Assembly (NCBI GenBank): GCA_947630025.1
Contig: CANRFZ010000015.1
Span: forward strand, 4,333 to 68,332
DNA: 64,000 bases
Direction: 5' to 3'
Source: an uncultured Lachnospiraceae bacterium
GTDB lineage: Bacteria; Bacillota; Clostridia; Lachnospirales; Lachnospiraceae
In this document: positions 41,724-50,090 of the stretch, in pieces
Numbering within the stretch: position 1 is the first letter of the stretch
Layout: every line of letters starts with the position of its first letter
Program-made: the position numbers and the translations under genes
The notes under the pieces: generated by a model
Databases searched by the model: none
The model's input: only the letters and a program-made list of their open reading frames with translations
Told to the model about the DNA's origin: nothing

Positions 41724-43050
41724 CCGTCAGCTCTCCAATCAGGTCATATTCGTTGGACGCCGTGATCTTCACCTTCACGAAATCGCCCGTCATCAGTTCC
41801 CTCTGCGTATTGATAAAGAGGAATCCATCCACCCCCGGCGCGTCCTTGTAAGTGCGCGCCACATAAGCGTCCTCCTCCGCGATCCGGCCCTCTATCATGG
41901 CCGTCACGCAGACGCCCGCCATGCGGTCCGCCGCCGCAAAAGCGATCCGCTGCTGCCGCTCCATGATCTCGCCGCGCCGCGCCTGTTTGACTTCCTCCGG
42001 AATCTGATCCGGCATATCCGCAGCCGCCGTGTCTTCCTCTTGGGAATAGGCAAACACGCCGAGTCGGTCAAACTGCATTTCTTCCACAAAGGCGAGCAGC
42101 TCCTCGTGCTCCTCCTGCGTCTCCCCCGGAAAACCGGAGATCAGCGTCGTCCTGAGGCATATGTCCGGAATCTCCCGCCGCAGCTTCCCGATGATGTCCC
42201 GCAGCGCTTTCCTGTCGGTTCTGCGCCCCATCCTACGCAGGATTCTGTCGGAGGCGTGCTGCACCGGCAGATCCAGATAGTGACAGATCTTAGGCTCGTC
42301 ACGGATCGTCCGTATCAGCTCGTCGTCTATCTCCTCCGGATAACAGTACAGAAGCCGTATCCAGTATAACCCGTCTATGGCGCACAACCCGCGCAATAAC
42401 TCAGGCAGCGCCTTGTGTCCGTACAGATCCTGTCCGTAGACGGTAGTCTCCTGCGCCACCAGAATCAGTTCCCGGACGCCCTGCTCCGCCAGCCGCCGCG
42501 CCTCCGCCAGCAGGCTTTCCATCGGCACGCTCCTGTATGCGCCCCGCACCTTCGGTATAATGCAGTAGGTACAGTGCTTATCGCATCCCTCGGCGATCTT
42601 CAGATAGGCGTAATGGCCGCCGGTGGTGACGATGCGCTCCACGCCGGTGAGCGGCTTCTGCTCCAGACTTCTGTAGCGGTTCTGCCGCACCCCGCGGTAC
42701 AGTTCCTCGATCGTCCTGCAGATCTCATCGATGGCCGTCGTGCCGATGACGGCGTCCACCTCGGGGATTTCCTTCTGGATCTCCTCCCGGTAGCGCTGCG
42801 CCAGACACCCCGCCACGATCAGCAGCTCTATGGTGCCGCTCTCTTTGAGCTGCGCCATCTCCAGAATCGTATTGATACTCTCCTCCTTGGCGTCTCCGAT
42901 AAAGCAGCAGGTGTTGACAACCACGATATCCGCCTCAGACTCGTCATCCGTAAACGCATAGCCGCCCGCCGCCAGAAGCCCCAGCATCATCTCGGAATCC
43001 ACCAGATTCTTGTCGCAGCCGAGAGATACGAACAGGATCTTTTTTTTCAT
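41707..43050 (-). CDS. rimO: Ribosomal protein S12 methylthiotransferase
   Basis: SLGCDKNLVDSE, NTCCFI, CDKHCTYC radical SAM motif, TRAM domain (DAPGVDG). Confidence 0.95.
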   Translation of the reverse strand: MKKKILFVSLGCDKNLVDSEMMLGLLAAGGYAFTDDESEADIVVVNTCCFIGDAKEESINTILEMAQLKESGTIELLIVAGCLAQRYREEIQKEIPEVDAVIGTTAIDEICRTIEELYRGVRQNRYRSLEQKPLTGVERIVTTGGHYAYLKIAEGCDKHCTYCIIPKVRGAYRSVPMESLLAEARRLAEQGVRELILVAQETTVYGQDLYGHKALPELLRGLCAIDGLYWIRLLYCYPEEIDDELIRTIRDEPKICHYLDLPVQHASDRILRRMGRRTDRKALRDIIGKLRREIPDICLRTTLISGFPGETQEEHEELLAFVEEMQFDRLGVFAYSQEEDTAAADMPDQIPEEVKQARRGEIMERQQRIAFAAADRMAGVCVTAMIEGRIAEEDAYVARTYKDAPGVDGFLFINTQRELMTGDFVKVKITASNEYDLIGELTDESAE

Positions 43051-44057
43051 CGATTAGAGTACTCCACAAGTTTGGCCAGAACTTCCGCCGCCCTGCCGGA
43101 ATCGATGGCCTCCGCCGCCAGCTCGATACCTTTCTCAATGGAAGGAGCGATCTTGGCCGCATACAGGGCCGCGCCCGCATTGAGCAGCACGATATCGCGC
43201 TTGGGCCCCCGGTCTTTGCCGTCTAAGATATCTCTGGTAATCTGCGCGTTGGCAGCGCCGTCGCCGCCTGTGATATCCTCTGCCGTGGCGCGCCGCAGGC
43301 CGAACTGCTCCGGCGTCACCGTATAGACCGTCACAACGTCGTCCTTGATCTCGGCGATGGTGGTTTCCGTCACCGTGGAAATCTCGTCCATTCCGTTGGC
43401 CGCGGAGACGACCATGCCCTGCTCCACGCCCAGATGCATCAGCGCCGTCGCGATGGGCTCGCACAACGCCTTGTCATAGACGCCGATCAGCATACATTTG
43501 GCGCCGGAAGGATTCGCCATGGGGCCGAGAATATTAAAGATCGAACGGATTCCCAGCTCGCTTCTGGCCTGCCCCACATATTTCATCGACTGGTTGAAAG
43601 CGGGCGCGAACATAAAACCGATGCCCACTTCCTCCACGCATTTTTCCACCACATCATAATCCGCCGTGATATTGACGCCCAGCGCCTCCAGCACATCTCC
43701 CGCGCCGGACTTGGACGAGATCGCGCGGTTGCCGTGCTTGGCCACCGGCAGTCCTGCCGCCGCCGCCACAAAAGCGGACGTGGTGGAGATATTGAACGTA
43801 AACGTGCCGTCGCCGCCCGTCCCCACCAGATCGATATACATCGGGAGATCGGGGTGGATGTGCACCGCCTTCTCCTTTAAAACGCTGGCGCTGCCGATGA
43901 TCTCGTCGATCGTCTCGCCTTTCATGCGCAGCGCCGTCAGGTATGCGCCGATCTGTGCCTGCGTCGCCTCGCCGCTCAGCATGATCTCCATGACTCTCGC
44001 CGCTTCCTCCACGGACAGATTTTTGCCTTCGCTTACCGCCTTAATTGCTTTCTTCAT
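43047..44057 (-). CDS. trpD: Anthranilate phosphoribosyltransferase
   Basis: GTGGDG, FNIST, KHGNRAISSKSG, RSIFNILGP, DEIS. Confidence 0.92.
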   Translation of the reverse strand: MKKAIKAVSEGKNLSVEEAARVMEIMLSGEATQAQIGAYLTALRMKGETIDEIIGSASVLKEKAVHIHPDLPMYIDLVGTGGDGTFTFNISTTSAFVAAAAGLPVAKHGNRAISSKSGAGDVLEALGVNITADYDVVEKCVEEVGIGFMFAPAFNQSMKYVGQARSELGIRSIFNILGPMANPSGAKCMLIGVYDKALCEPIATALMHLGVEQGMVVSAANGMDEISTVTETTIAEIKDDVVTVYTVTPEQFGLRRATAEDITGGDGAANAQITRDILDGKDRGPKRDIVLLNAGAALYAAKIAPSIEKGIELAAEAIDSGRAAEVLAKLVEYSNR

Positions 44058-44292
44058 TTTCGTTCTCCTCACCGGTGATTGTCACCTTGCCCTGATGAAG
44101 CTCCTCCACCGCGATGGACAGAGCCTTTTTGCCCTTGGCGTCAACCAGCGCCTCATCGCCCGCGATGAGCTGGCGCGCTCTCTTGGCGGTCGCCATGACG
44201 ATGGAGTACCTGCTCTTGACAACGGGATCTTCTCCCTCCTCGATGCTGCTGTTCACCGCCTCGATCAAATCTGCGTAAGATGGATGTAACAT
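44041..44292 (-). CDS. rpoZ: RNA polymerase omega subunit
   Basis: SRYSIVMATAKRARQL, KALSIAVEE; follows gmk. Confidence 0.93.
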   Translation of the reverse strand: MLHPSYADLIEAVNSSIEEGEDPVVKSRYSIVMATAKRARQLIAGDEALVDAKGKKALSIAVEELHQGKVTITGEENENEESN

Positions 44293-44912
44293 TATTTTTC
44301 TCCTTCCAGTTCTGTTCTGATATTTTCTATAAATTCCTTATTTCTCTGCGGCGTGTTATGCGCTGCAGTAATAATCTCATGCGTCTGTCTGACACAGGCG
44401 TCCAGATCATCGTTGACTACAATGTACTCATAGTTTTCGATCCCTTCCGCCTCCTCCGCCGCGCGGCGCATCCGCCGGTCGATCACTTCCTGCGTCTCCG
44501 TGCCCCGGCCCACGAGCCTGCGGCGCAGTTCCTCCATGCTGGGCGGCATCACAAAAAGCAGCAGGGCGTCGGGGTACTGCGCCTTGATCTTGAGTGCGCC
44601 CTGAATCTCGATCTCCAGTATCACATCCCGGCCCTCCGAGAGCCTGCGCTCCACATACTCTCTGGGCGTGCCGTAGTAGTTGTCACAGTAGCAGGCGTAC
44701 TCGATCAGCCCGTTCTCGTCGATCTTCTGCCGGAACCGCTCCCTGTCCATGAAAAAGTATTCCCTGCCGTCTTTCTCGCCCGGTCTGGGCTGTCTGGTGG
44801 TGGCAGACACGGACAGTGCATAGTTGTCATACTCCGCCACGAGTCTCTTGACCAGCGTTCCCTTACCGGCTCCCGAAAACCCAGAAACAACGATCAGTAT
44901 CCCTTTACGCAT
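44292..44912 (-). CDS. gmk: Guanylate kinase
   Basis: GFSGAGKGT, TTRQPRPGEKDGREYFF, YYGTP. Confidence 0.96.
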   Translation of the reverse strand: MRKGILIVVSGFSGAGKGTLVKRLVAEYDNYALSVSATTRQPRPGEKDGREYFFMDRERFRQKIDENGLIEYACYCDNYYGTPREYVERRLSEGRDVILEIEIQGALKIKAQYPDALLLFVMPPSMEELRRRLVGRGTETQEVIDRRMRRAAEEAEGIENYEYIVVNDDLDACVRQTHEIITAAHNTPQRNKEFIENIRTELEGEK

Positions 44913-45162
44913 CCGCTTCCCCGCCTTCCGACTGTGCCCTGCCCGATATCGTTTCCGGCAGAAGCGCCGACAGTACGATCTGGTTATTCTCCATGACAAG
45001 CACCGCCTTCGTCTTGCGCCCCTGGGTGGCGTCGATGGCCATCCCCGTCTCTTTCGCCTTCTGCACCATGCGCTTGACAGGCGCGGAATCGGGGCTGACG
45101 ATGGCGATAATCTTGCCCGTATTGACCACATTTCCAAATCCGATATGGATCAGTCTTCCCAT
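44905..45162 (-). CDS. remA: DUF370 / RemA family regulator
   Basis: LIHIGFGNVV, SPDSAPVKR, IDATQGRKT. Confidence 0.9.
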   Translation of the reverse strand: MGRLIHIGFGNVVNTGKIIAIVSPDSAPVKRMVQKAKETGMAIDATQGRKTKAVLVMENNQIVLSALLPETISGRAQSEGGEADA

Positions 45163-45240
45163 TTATGCCTCTCCGCAACCACACCGAAAGCGCCTCCGCG
45201 CACCGTCATGCCGGCCTGCCGGAACCGCCGCGGATGCGGT

Positions 45241-46119
45241 CTATTCAATATTCTGGATCTGCTCCCGCACCTTCTCGATCTCCGTCTTGAGCTCGATGGC
45301 CCGGTTGGAAATCTCCAAGTCGTTGGCCTTGGACAGAATCGTATTGGCTTCCCGGTTCATCTCCTGCGCGATAAAGTCGAGCTTACGCCCGATGCTGCCG
45401 CCCTGCAGCAGATTTTCCCTGGTCGTCTCGATATGGCTTCTCAGGCGCACCAGTTCCTCGTCCACGCACACCTTGTCCGCAAAAATCGTCACTTCCGTCA
45501 GCAGGCGCGCCTCGTCCACCTGTACGTCCCCCAGCAGCTCTTTGACCTTTTCCTCCAGCTTCTGCCGGTATTCCGTGACGATCTGCGGGGAACGCTCCGT
45601 GATATAGTCCACGTGCGCCAGCATACCGTCCAGCTTCTCCACCAGATCGTCCCGCAGGTTTTCGCCTTCTCTGATCCGCGTGTCGACGAACTTCTCCGCA
45701 GCGCCCCGGATGGCCTCCGAGAGAAACTGCCAGAGTTCTTCCTCGTCGACGGTCTGCTCCTCCATGCCGAACACTTCGGGATACCGGGACAGTGTGGACA
45801 CGCGGACGTCGTTGTCCAGCCCGAAATCCTCCGCCATCTGCGCCAGATACTTCATATAGGCCGATGCCGCTTCCCTGTTGTACGTCACGCAGACGTTGGC
45901 TTCCGACATATCCTCGTAGGTGATGAAGACATCGACCTTGCCTCTCTGGATATAGTTCTTCAGCTCGTTCCGGATCGCCGCCTCAAAAAAATTGAGCTTC
46001 TTCGGCATCTTGATCGTGATGTCCAGATACCTGTGGTTGACGGACTTCATCTCCACCGTGATCTTCCGCTCCCCCTTGGCGATCTCGCACCTGCCGAAAC
46101 CGGTCATGCTCTTTATCAT
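45241..46119 (-). CDS. yicC: YicC/YloC family endoribonuclease
   Basis: MIKSMTGFG, SVNHRYLD, GRKLDFIAQEMNREANTILSK, REQIQNIE. Confidence 0.93.
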   Translation of the reverse strand: MIKSMTGFGRCEIAKGERKITVEMKSVNHRYLDITIKMPKKLNFFEAAIRNELKNYIQRGKVDVFITYEDMSEANVCVTYNREAASAYMKYLAQMAEDFGLDNDVRVSTLSRYPEVFGMEEQTVDEEELWQFLSEAIRGAAEKFVDTRIREGENLRDDLVEKLDGMLAHVDYITERSPQIVTEYRQKLEEKVKELLGDVQVDEARLLTEVTIFADKVCVDEELVRLRSHIETTRENLLQGGSIGRKLDFIAQEMNREANTILSKANDLEISNRAIELKTEIEKVREQIQNIE

Positions 46120-46189
46120 AATCGTATACTTGCCTTCCCGAACCGGCTGTCTGTCCGGCTCTGCTGATCTGACTGTGCGTACAGATTTT

Positions 46190-46218
46190 ATTATAAAGGA
46201 TGAATCCACAGTAGTCAA
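46190..46218 (-). promoter_or_regulatory. Sigma-A promoter of the yicC operon
   Basis: TTGACT-17-TATAAT. Confidence 0.65.
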
Positions 46219-46300
46219 GAAAGTTGCCCGGAAAAGTACACCCTCCTTCTACCCGGAAAAGTGCATCCCCATCCGACACGGCACGGCAGACGGCACACGC

Positions 46301-46443
46301 CGGAAACCGCGACCTTCTTGATCCAGCGCGGCAGATACGCGCATCGGAAACCGAGACCTTCTTGATCCAGCGCGGCAGATACACGCATCGGAAACCGCGA
46401 CCTTCTTGATCCAGCGCGGCAGATACACGTATCGGAAACCGCG
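46301..46443. repeat. 44-bp tandem repeat, 3.25 copies, no spacers
   Basis: Unit CGGAAACCGCGACCTTCTTGATCCAGCGCGGCAGATACACGCAT at 46301, 46345 and 46389, plus a partial copy at 46433. Confidence 0.92.
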
Positions 46444-46461
46444 CCGAAAATATGTCCGGTG

Positions 46462-46490
46462 TTGAATCCCATGGGCAGGAGGTGTAAAAT
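46462..46490 (+). promoter_or_regulatory. Sigma-A promoter of rqcH
   Basis: TTGAAT-17-TAAAAT. Confidence 0.6.
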
Positions 46491-46528
46491 AGGAGACAAT
46501 CTGACAACTCCGAAAGGAAGAAACCACT

Positions 46529-48298
46529 ATGGCATTTGACGGCATCACCGTTGCGGGAATCGCATCGGAACTGCGGCGGACGCTTACCGACGGACGGATT
46601 TACAAGATCGCCCAGCCGGAGAGCAGCGAACTGCTGCTGACCATCAAAAACAACGGCACACAATACAGACTGCTTCTGTCCGCGGACGCCTCGCTGCCGC
46701 TCGTCTATCTGACGCAGACCAACAGGCCGAGTCCGCTCACCGCCCCCAATTTCTGTATGCTGCTGCGCAAGCATCTGCAGAACGCGCGCATCGCGTCCAT
46801 TACCCAGCCGGGGCTGGAACGGGTGCTCTGCATGGAGCTGGAACATCTGAACGAACTGGGAGATCTGTGCCGCAAACGCCTGATCATCGAGGTGATGGGC
46901 AAGCATAGCAATATCATTTTCTGCGACGATCACGACAGGATCATCGACAGTATCAAACACGTTTCCGGCATGATGAGCTCCGTCCGGGAAGTGCTGCCGG
47001 GAAAAGATTATTTTATCCCCCGGACACAGGACAAGGAAAATCCGCTGGACTTCTGCCCCCTTCCTGGCGAAGCGGAGGCTGCTTTGAGTTATGTAAACCT
47101 ATCGGAACGGATGCGCAACAGTCCGGCGCCCGTCTACAAGGCGCTCTACACTTCCTACACCGGCCTGTCTCCGGTGATCGCGCAGGAGATCTGTTACCGC
47201 GCGGGAGCCGACGGTGACCGGCCCGCCAACACGCTGCCGGAAGATGCGCTGCACGCCCTGTACGACGCGCTCTGCTCCGTGATGAGCGATGTGGCAGAGG
47301 GCCGCTTTGCACCGAACATCATCTACGACGGCAGGACGCCGCTTGAATACGCCGCACTGCCGCTGACGATGTACGCCGACAAAAAAGCGGTGCCTTTCGA
47401 CTTTCTCAGCGCCCTGCTGGAGACCTACTATGCACAGAAAAGCGCCGTCACGCGCATCCGCCAGAAGTCGGCGGATCTGCGCCGGATCGTGCAGACCGCG
47501 CTGGAGCGCAACGTCAGAAAATACGACCTGCAGCGCAGGCAGATGCAGGACACCGAAAAGCGGGAGCAGTACAGGATTTACGGCGAACTGCTGAACACTT
47601 ACGGCTATAGCGCCGCGCCCGGCGCCAAGTCTCTGGAAGCGCCCAACTACTATACCGGCGAAACCGTCACGATCCCGCTGGACGACACGCTCACGCCCCT
47701 CGAAAACGCGCAGCGGTATTTTGACCGGTACGGCAAGCTGAAACGCACTTACGAAGCGCTCTCGGAATTGACCGTTCAGGTCAAAGAGGAAATCGACCAT
47801 CTGGAAAGCATCATGACCTCGCTGGACATCGCCCTGCAGGAAGAAGATCTGGTGCAGATCCGTGAGGAACTGATCGAAAGCGGCTATATCCACCGCAGAA
47901 GCGGTTCCAAAAAAGCCCGCGTGGTCAGCAGGCCCTTCCACTATATCAGCAGTGACGGCTTCCATATGTACGTCGGTAAGAACAATTATCAGAACGACGA
48001 GCTGACCTTTAAGTTTGCCTCTGGGAACGACTGGTGGTTCCATGCGAAAAAAATACCCGGTTCCCACGTGATCGTCAAGACCGAAGGACAGACGCTGCCC
48101 GACAGCACTTTTGAGGAAGCCGCGCGTCTGGCCGCCTACTACTCCAAAGGCCGGGAACAGGAAAAAGTGGAGATCGACTATCTGCAGCGGAAAAACGTGA
48201 AGAAGCCCAACGGCGCAAAGCCCGGATTTGTCGTCTACTACACCAACTACTCGATGGCCATCGATTCTGACATCTCGCAGATCAGGCCGGCGGAATAA
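46529..48298 (+). CDS. rqcH: Rqc2/NFACT family ribosome quality-control protein (FbpA-like)
   Basis: MAFDG, FCMLLRKHL, EVMGKHSNII, GKNNYQND, WFHAKKIPGSHV. Confidence 0.92.
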   Translation: MAFDGITVAGIASELRRTLTDGRIYKIAQPESSELLLTIKNNGTQYRLLLSADASLPLVYLTQTNRPSPLTAPNFCMLLRKHLQNARIASITQPGLERVLCMELEHLNELGDLCRKRLIIEVMGKHSNIIFCDDHDRIIDSIKHVSGMMSSVREVLPGKDYFIPRTQDKENPLDFCPLPGEAEAALSYVNLSERMRNSPAPVYKALYTSYTGLSPVIAQEICYRAGADGDRPANTLPEDALHALYDALCSVMSDVAEGRFAPNIIYDGRTPLEYAALPLTMYADKKAVPFDFLSALLETYYAQKSAVTRIRQKSADLRRIVQTALERNVRKYDLQRRQMQDTEKREQYRIYGELLNTYGYSAAPGAKSLEAPNYYTGETVTIPLDDTLTPLENAQRYFDRYGKLKRTYEALSELTVQVKEEIDHLESIMTSLDIALQEEDLVQIREELIESGYIHRRSGSKKARVVSRPFHYISSDGFHMYVGKNNYQNDELTFKFASGNDWWFHAKKIPGSHVIVKTEGQTLPDSTFEEAARLAAYYSKGREQEKVEIDYLQRKNVKKPNGAKPGFVVYYTNYSMAIDSDISQIRPAE

Positions 48299-48302
48299 AT
48301 AC

Positions 48303-48430
48303 TTGCCTTTTCTATGCTTCTGTGCTATATTGTAGATATAAAAGGAGCAACCGCCCACAAGGTGGGTTGACCTTACTAATTGATGGAAATTCCACCCCGT
48401 CGCTCGGTCAAAGTTTTGGGGTGGTTTTTC
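48303..48430 (+). ncRNA. Putative type I antitoxin RNA, copy 1 (interval includes its promoter)
   Basis: TTGCCT-17-TATATT with extended TG; terminator CCACCCC...GGGGTGG-TTTTT; convergent with a small toxin ORF. Confidence 0.65.
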
Positions 48431-48439
48431 TATGTAGAC

Positions 48440-48529
48440 CTACTTACAAAACGTAAAAACGAATGTAAGCAACGCCATAAGAAATATGCCGAAAGTCAGC
48501 ATATCCTTGAAATCAAAGCGATTTCCCAT
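48440..48529 (-). CDS. Putative type I toxin, 29-aa membrane peptide
   Basis: MGNRFDFKDMLTFGIFLMALLTFVFTFCK; GGAGGTG RBS; promoter TTGAAA-17-TAATAT at 48601-48629. Confidence 0.72.
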   Translation of the reverse strand: MGNRFDFKDMLTFGIFLMALLTFVFTFCK

Positions 48530-48675
48530 AGGCATCACCTCCATTCTATAAAGAATGAAAGGTCTGCCCACCCTGCAACACGGCTGCTCCTATATTTGAA
48601 ATATTACCATATAATTTCTGTTATTTCAACCAAATTTACTGACCATCTCGCAGATCAGGCTGGCGGAATAAATAC

Positions 48676-48804
48676 TTGCCTTTTCTATGCTTCTGTGCTA
48701 TATTGTAGATATAAAAGGAGCAACCGCCCACAAGGTGGGTTGACCTTGGTTAAAGAGTAGAAATTCCACCCCACCTCTTGGTCAAAGTTTTGGGGTGGTT
48801 TTTC
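48676..48804 (+). ncRNA. Putative antitoxin RNA, copy 2 (orphan)
   Basis: Same promoter and terminator as copy 1; differs in the linker and terminator-loop sequences. Confidence 0.55.
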
Positions 48805-48813
48805 TATGTAGAC

Positions 48814-48887
48814 CTACTTACAAAACGTGAAAACGAATGTAAGCAACGCCATAAGAAATATGCCGAAAGTCAGCATATCCTTGAAAT
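48814..48887 (-). pseudogene. 5'-truncated copy of the type I toxin
   Basis: FKDMLTFGIFLMALLTFVFTFCK* retained, but the original start, RBS and promoter are replaced by the coat-gene terminator; in-frame TGA upstream. Confidence 0.65.
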
Positions 48888-48941
48888 AAAAGCAAGCCGC
48901 CGCACCGGTGGTCCGGCACGGCAGCCCTCACGCTTTCCACC

Positions 48942-49202
48942 TTATAAGGTGCTGGTGGAAAATAGCGATTTCACATGGTCGATCTCCGCTTGCGTCGCCT
49001 TGGCCGCAGGCACGTAATACGATTTTTCCCTCGCGAGCTGGTATAGCTCCTCCTGCGACTGTTCGCAGGCGTTACGGAACTGCTTTAACGTCTGCTTCAG
49101 CTCCTTGTTCTCCGTCTGGGCGATCATCTCGCCGAAACGCACCAGTTCCCCGTTAATGCCGGTCAGCGTATCCGCCACCATTGTCTTTTCTTCCATCTGC
49201 AT
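48942..49202 (-). CDS. Spore coat protein (CotF-like domain)
   Basis: MEEKTMVADTL...QTENKELKQTLKQFRN...KSYYVPA; GGAGG RBS. Confidence 0.75.
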   Translation of the reverse strand: MQMEEKTMVADTLTGINGELVRFGEMIAQTENKELKQTLKQFRNACEQSQEELYQLAREKSYYVPAAKATQAEIDHVKSLFSTSTL

Positions 49203-49281
49203 GATGCTAAACCCTCCTGCTCTCTGTCTTTTTTGGTCTGCTCTCTACTGCACGCTGCTGCCTCGGAATAAATAACACGTG

Positions 49282-49467
49282 TTATCTTAAATATTCCATC
49301 AGCTGCTGCTTGTTCTGTATCGCAGACTGCGCGCCCTTCTCAAAGAACTGCTTGATCTTCTCGTCGGAGGCGCACTGCGCATATTCTTTCATCTTGCAGT
49401 GCGTCACATCATAGCCGCCCATAAGATGGCGGAGATTCTGCAGGTCAAGTTCCGATAAATTTGCCAT
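49282..49467 (-). CDS. Small spore-coat-associated helical protein
   Basis: MANLSELDLQNLRHL...KMKEYAQCASDEKIKQFF; GGAGGA RBS; sigma-G-like GTATA-N17-CAATACT upstream. Confidence 0.7.
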   Translation of the reverse strand: MANLSELDLQNLRHLMGGYDVTHCKMKEYAQCASDEKIKQFFEKGAQSAIQNKQQLMEYLR

Positions 49468-49625
49468 GGTTCTGTTCCTCCTAAAAAAATAATTGTCCTT
49501 CACAGTATTGGTTTCAGGACAATGATTTATACAGGAGACGTATTTATTTTCTGTGTTTTTCTTGAAAGAGACAATCCATATCTTCCGGACTGCCTCTTTT
49601 TCTTGACTGTGCAATAAATTTGAAT

Positions 49626-50027
49626 TTAGTCCTTTTTTGAAAACTGTGCAATCGCCGTACAAGCCAATCCAATTCCCAACATACTGACCGCTTCCTTTGC
49701 TTCAATCTTATCTATAAGCGATAGAACTACGACAGCAATTCCCATTGCCAAAGCTATACCTTTCAATGCGATATCGACAATTTCAGAAATTCTGTTTGCT
49801 TTCCCATTTTCCTTACTATCTGATTTTACCTGCATAATCTCATCAACAGTTACATCAAAAATTTCCGCCAACCTTGGAATCGAATTTACATCAGGAAAGG
49901 ATAAATCTCGTTCCCATTTTGAGACCGCTTTATCTGTAACGCCCATTTTTTCTGCAAGTTCAAGTTGTGTCATTCCCTGTTCTTTACGCATAGCTGCAAT
50001 CATAGCTCCAAAAGATTGTTTTTTCAT
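49626..50027 (-). CDS. XRE-family HTH regulator with two C-terminal TM helices
   Basis: RKEQGMTQLELAEKMGVTDKAVSKWER..PD; low GC; alternative in-frame start at 50063. Confidence 0.85.
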   Translation of the reverse strand: MKKQSFGAMIAAMRKEQGMTQLELAEKMGVTDKAVSKWERDLSFPDVNSIPRLAEIFDVTVDEIMQVKSDSKENGKANRISEIVDIALKGIALAMGIAVVVLSLIDKIEAKEAVSMLGIGLACTAIAQFSKKD

Positions 50028-50090
50028 TGTGGTATCGCTCCTTTGATTTGATGATTTTTTCATTGTGGTATCGCTCCTTTGATTTGATGA
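50019..50090. repeat. Exact 36-bp tandem duplication including RBS and start codon
   Basis: TTTTTTCATTGTGGTATCGCTCCTTTGATTTGATGA at 50019-50054 and 50055-50090. Confidence 0.92.

Larger units (their letters stand above)
48644..48887. repeat. Direct duplication of about 48271-48513 (rqcH 3' end, antitoxin, 3' part of toxin)
   Basis: CATCTCGCAGATCAGGC... starts at both 48271 and 48644; near identity continues to ...CATATCCTTGAAAT. Confidence 0.9.

Noticed and set aside
46301-46443. Possible CRISPR array
   Set aside because: Units are contiguous with no unique spacers, and there are no cas genes; it is a tandem repeat.
48380-49017. Plus-strand ORFs of 126 aa and 79 aa sharing sequence
   Set aside because: They run through terminators and antisense to the toxin ORFs; the shared sequence simply reflects the DNA duplication.
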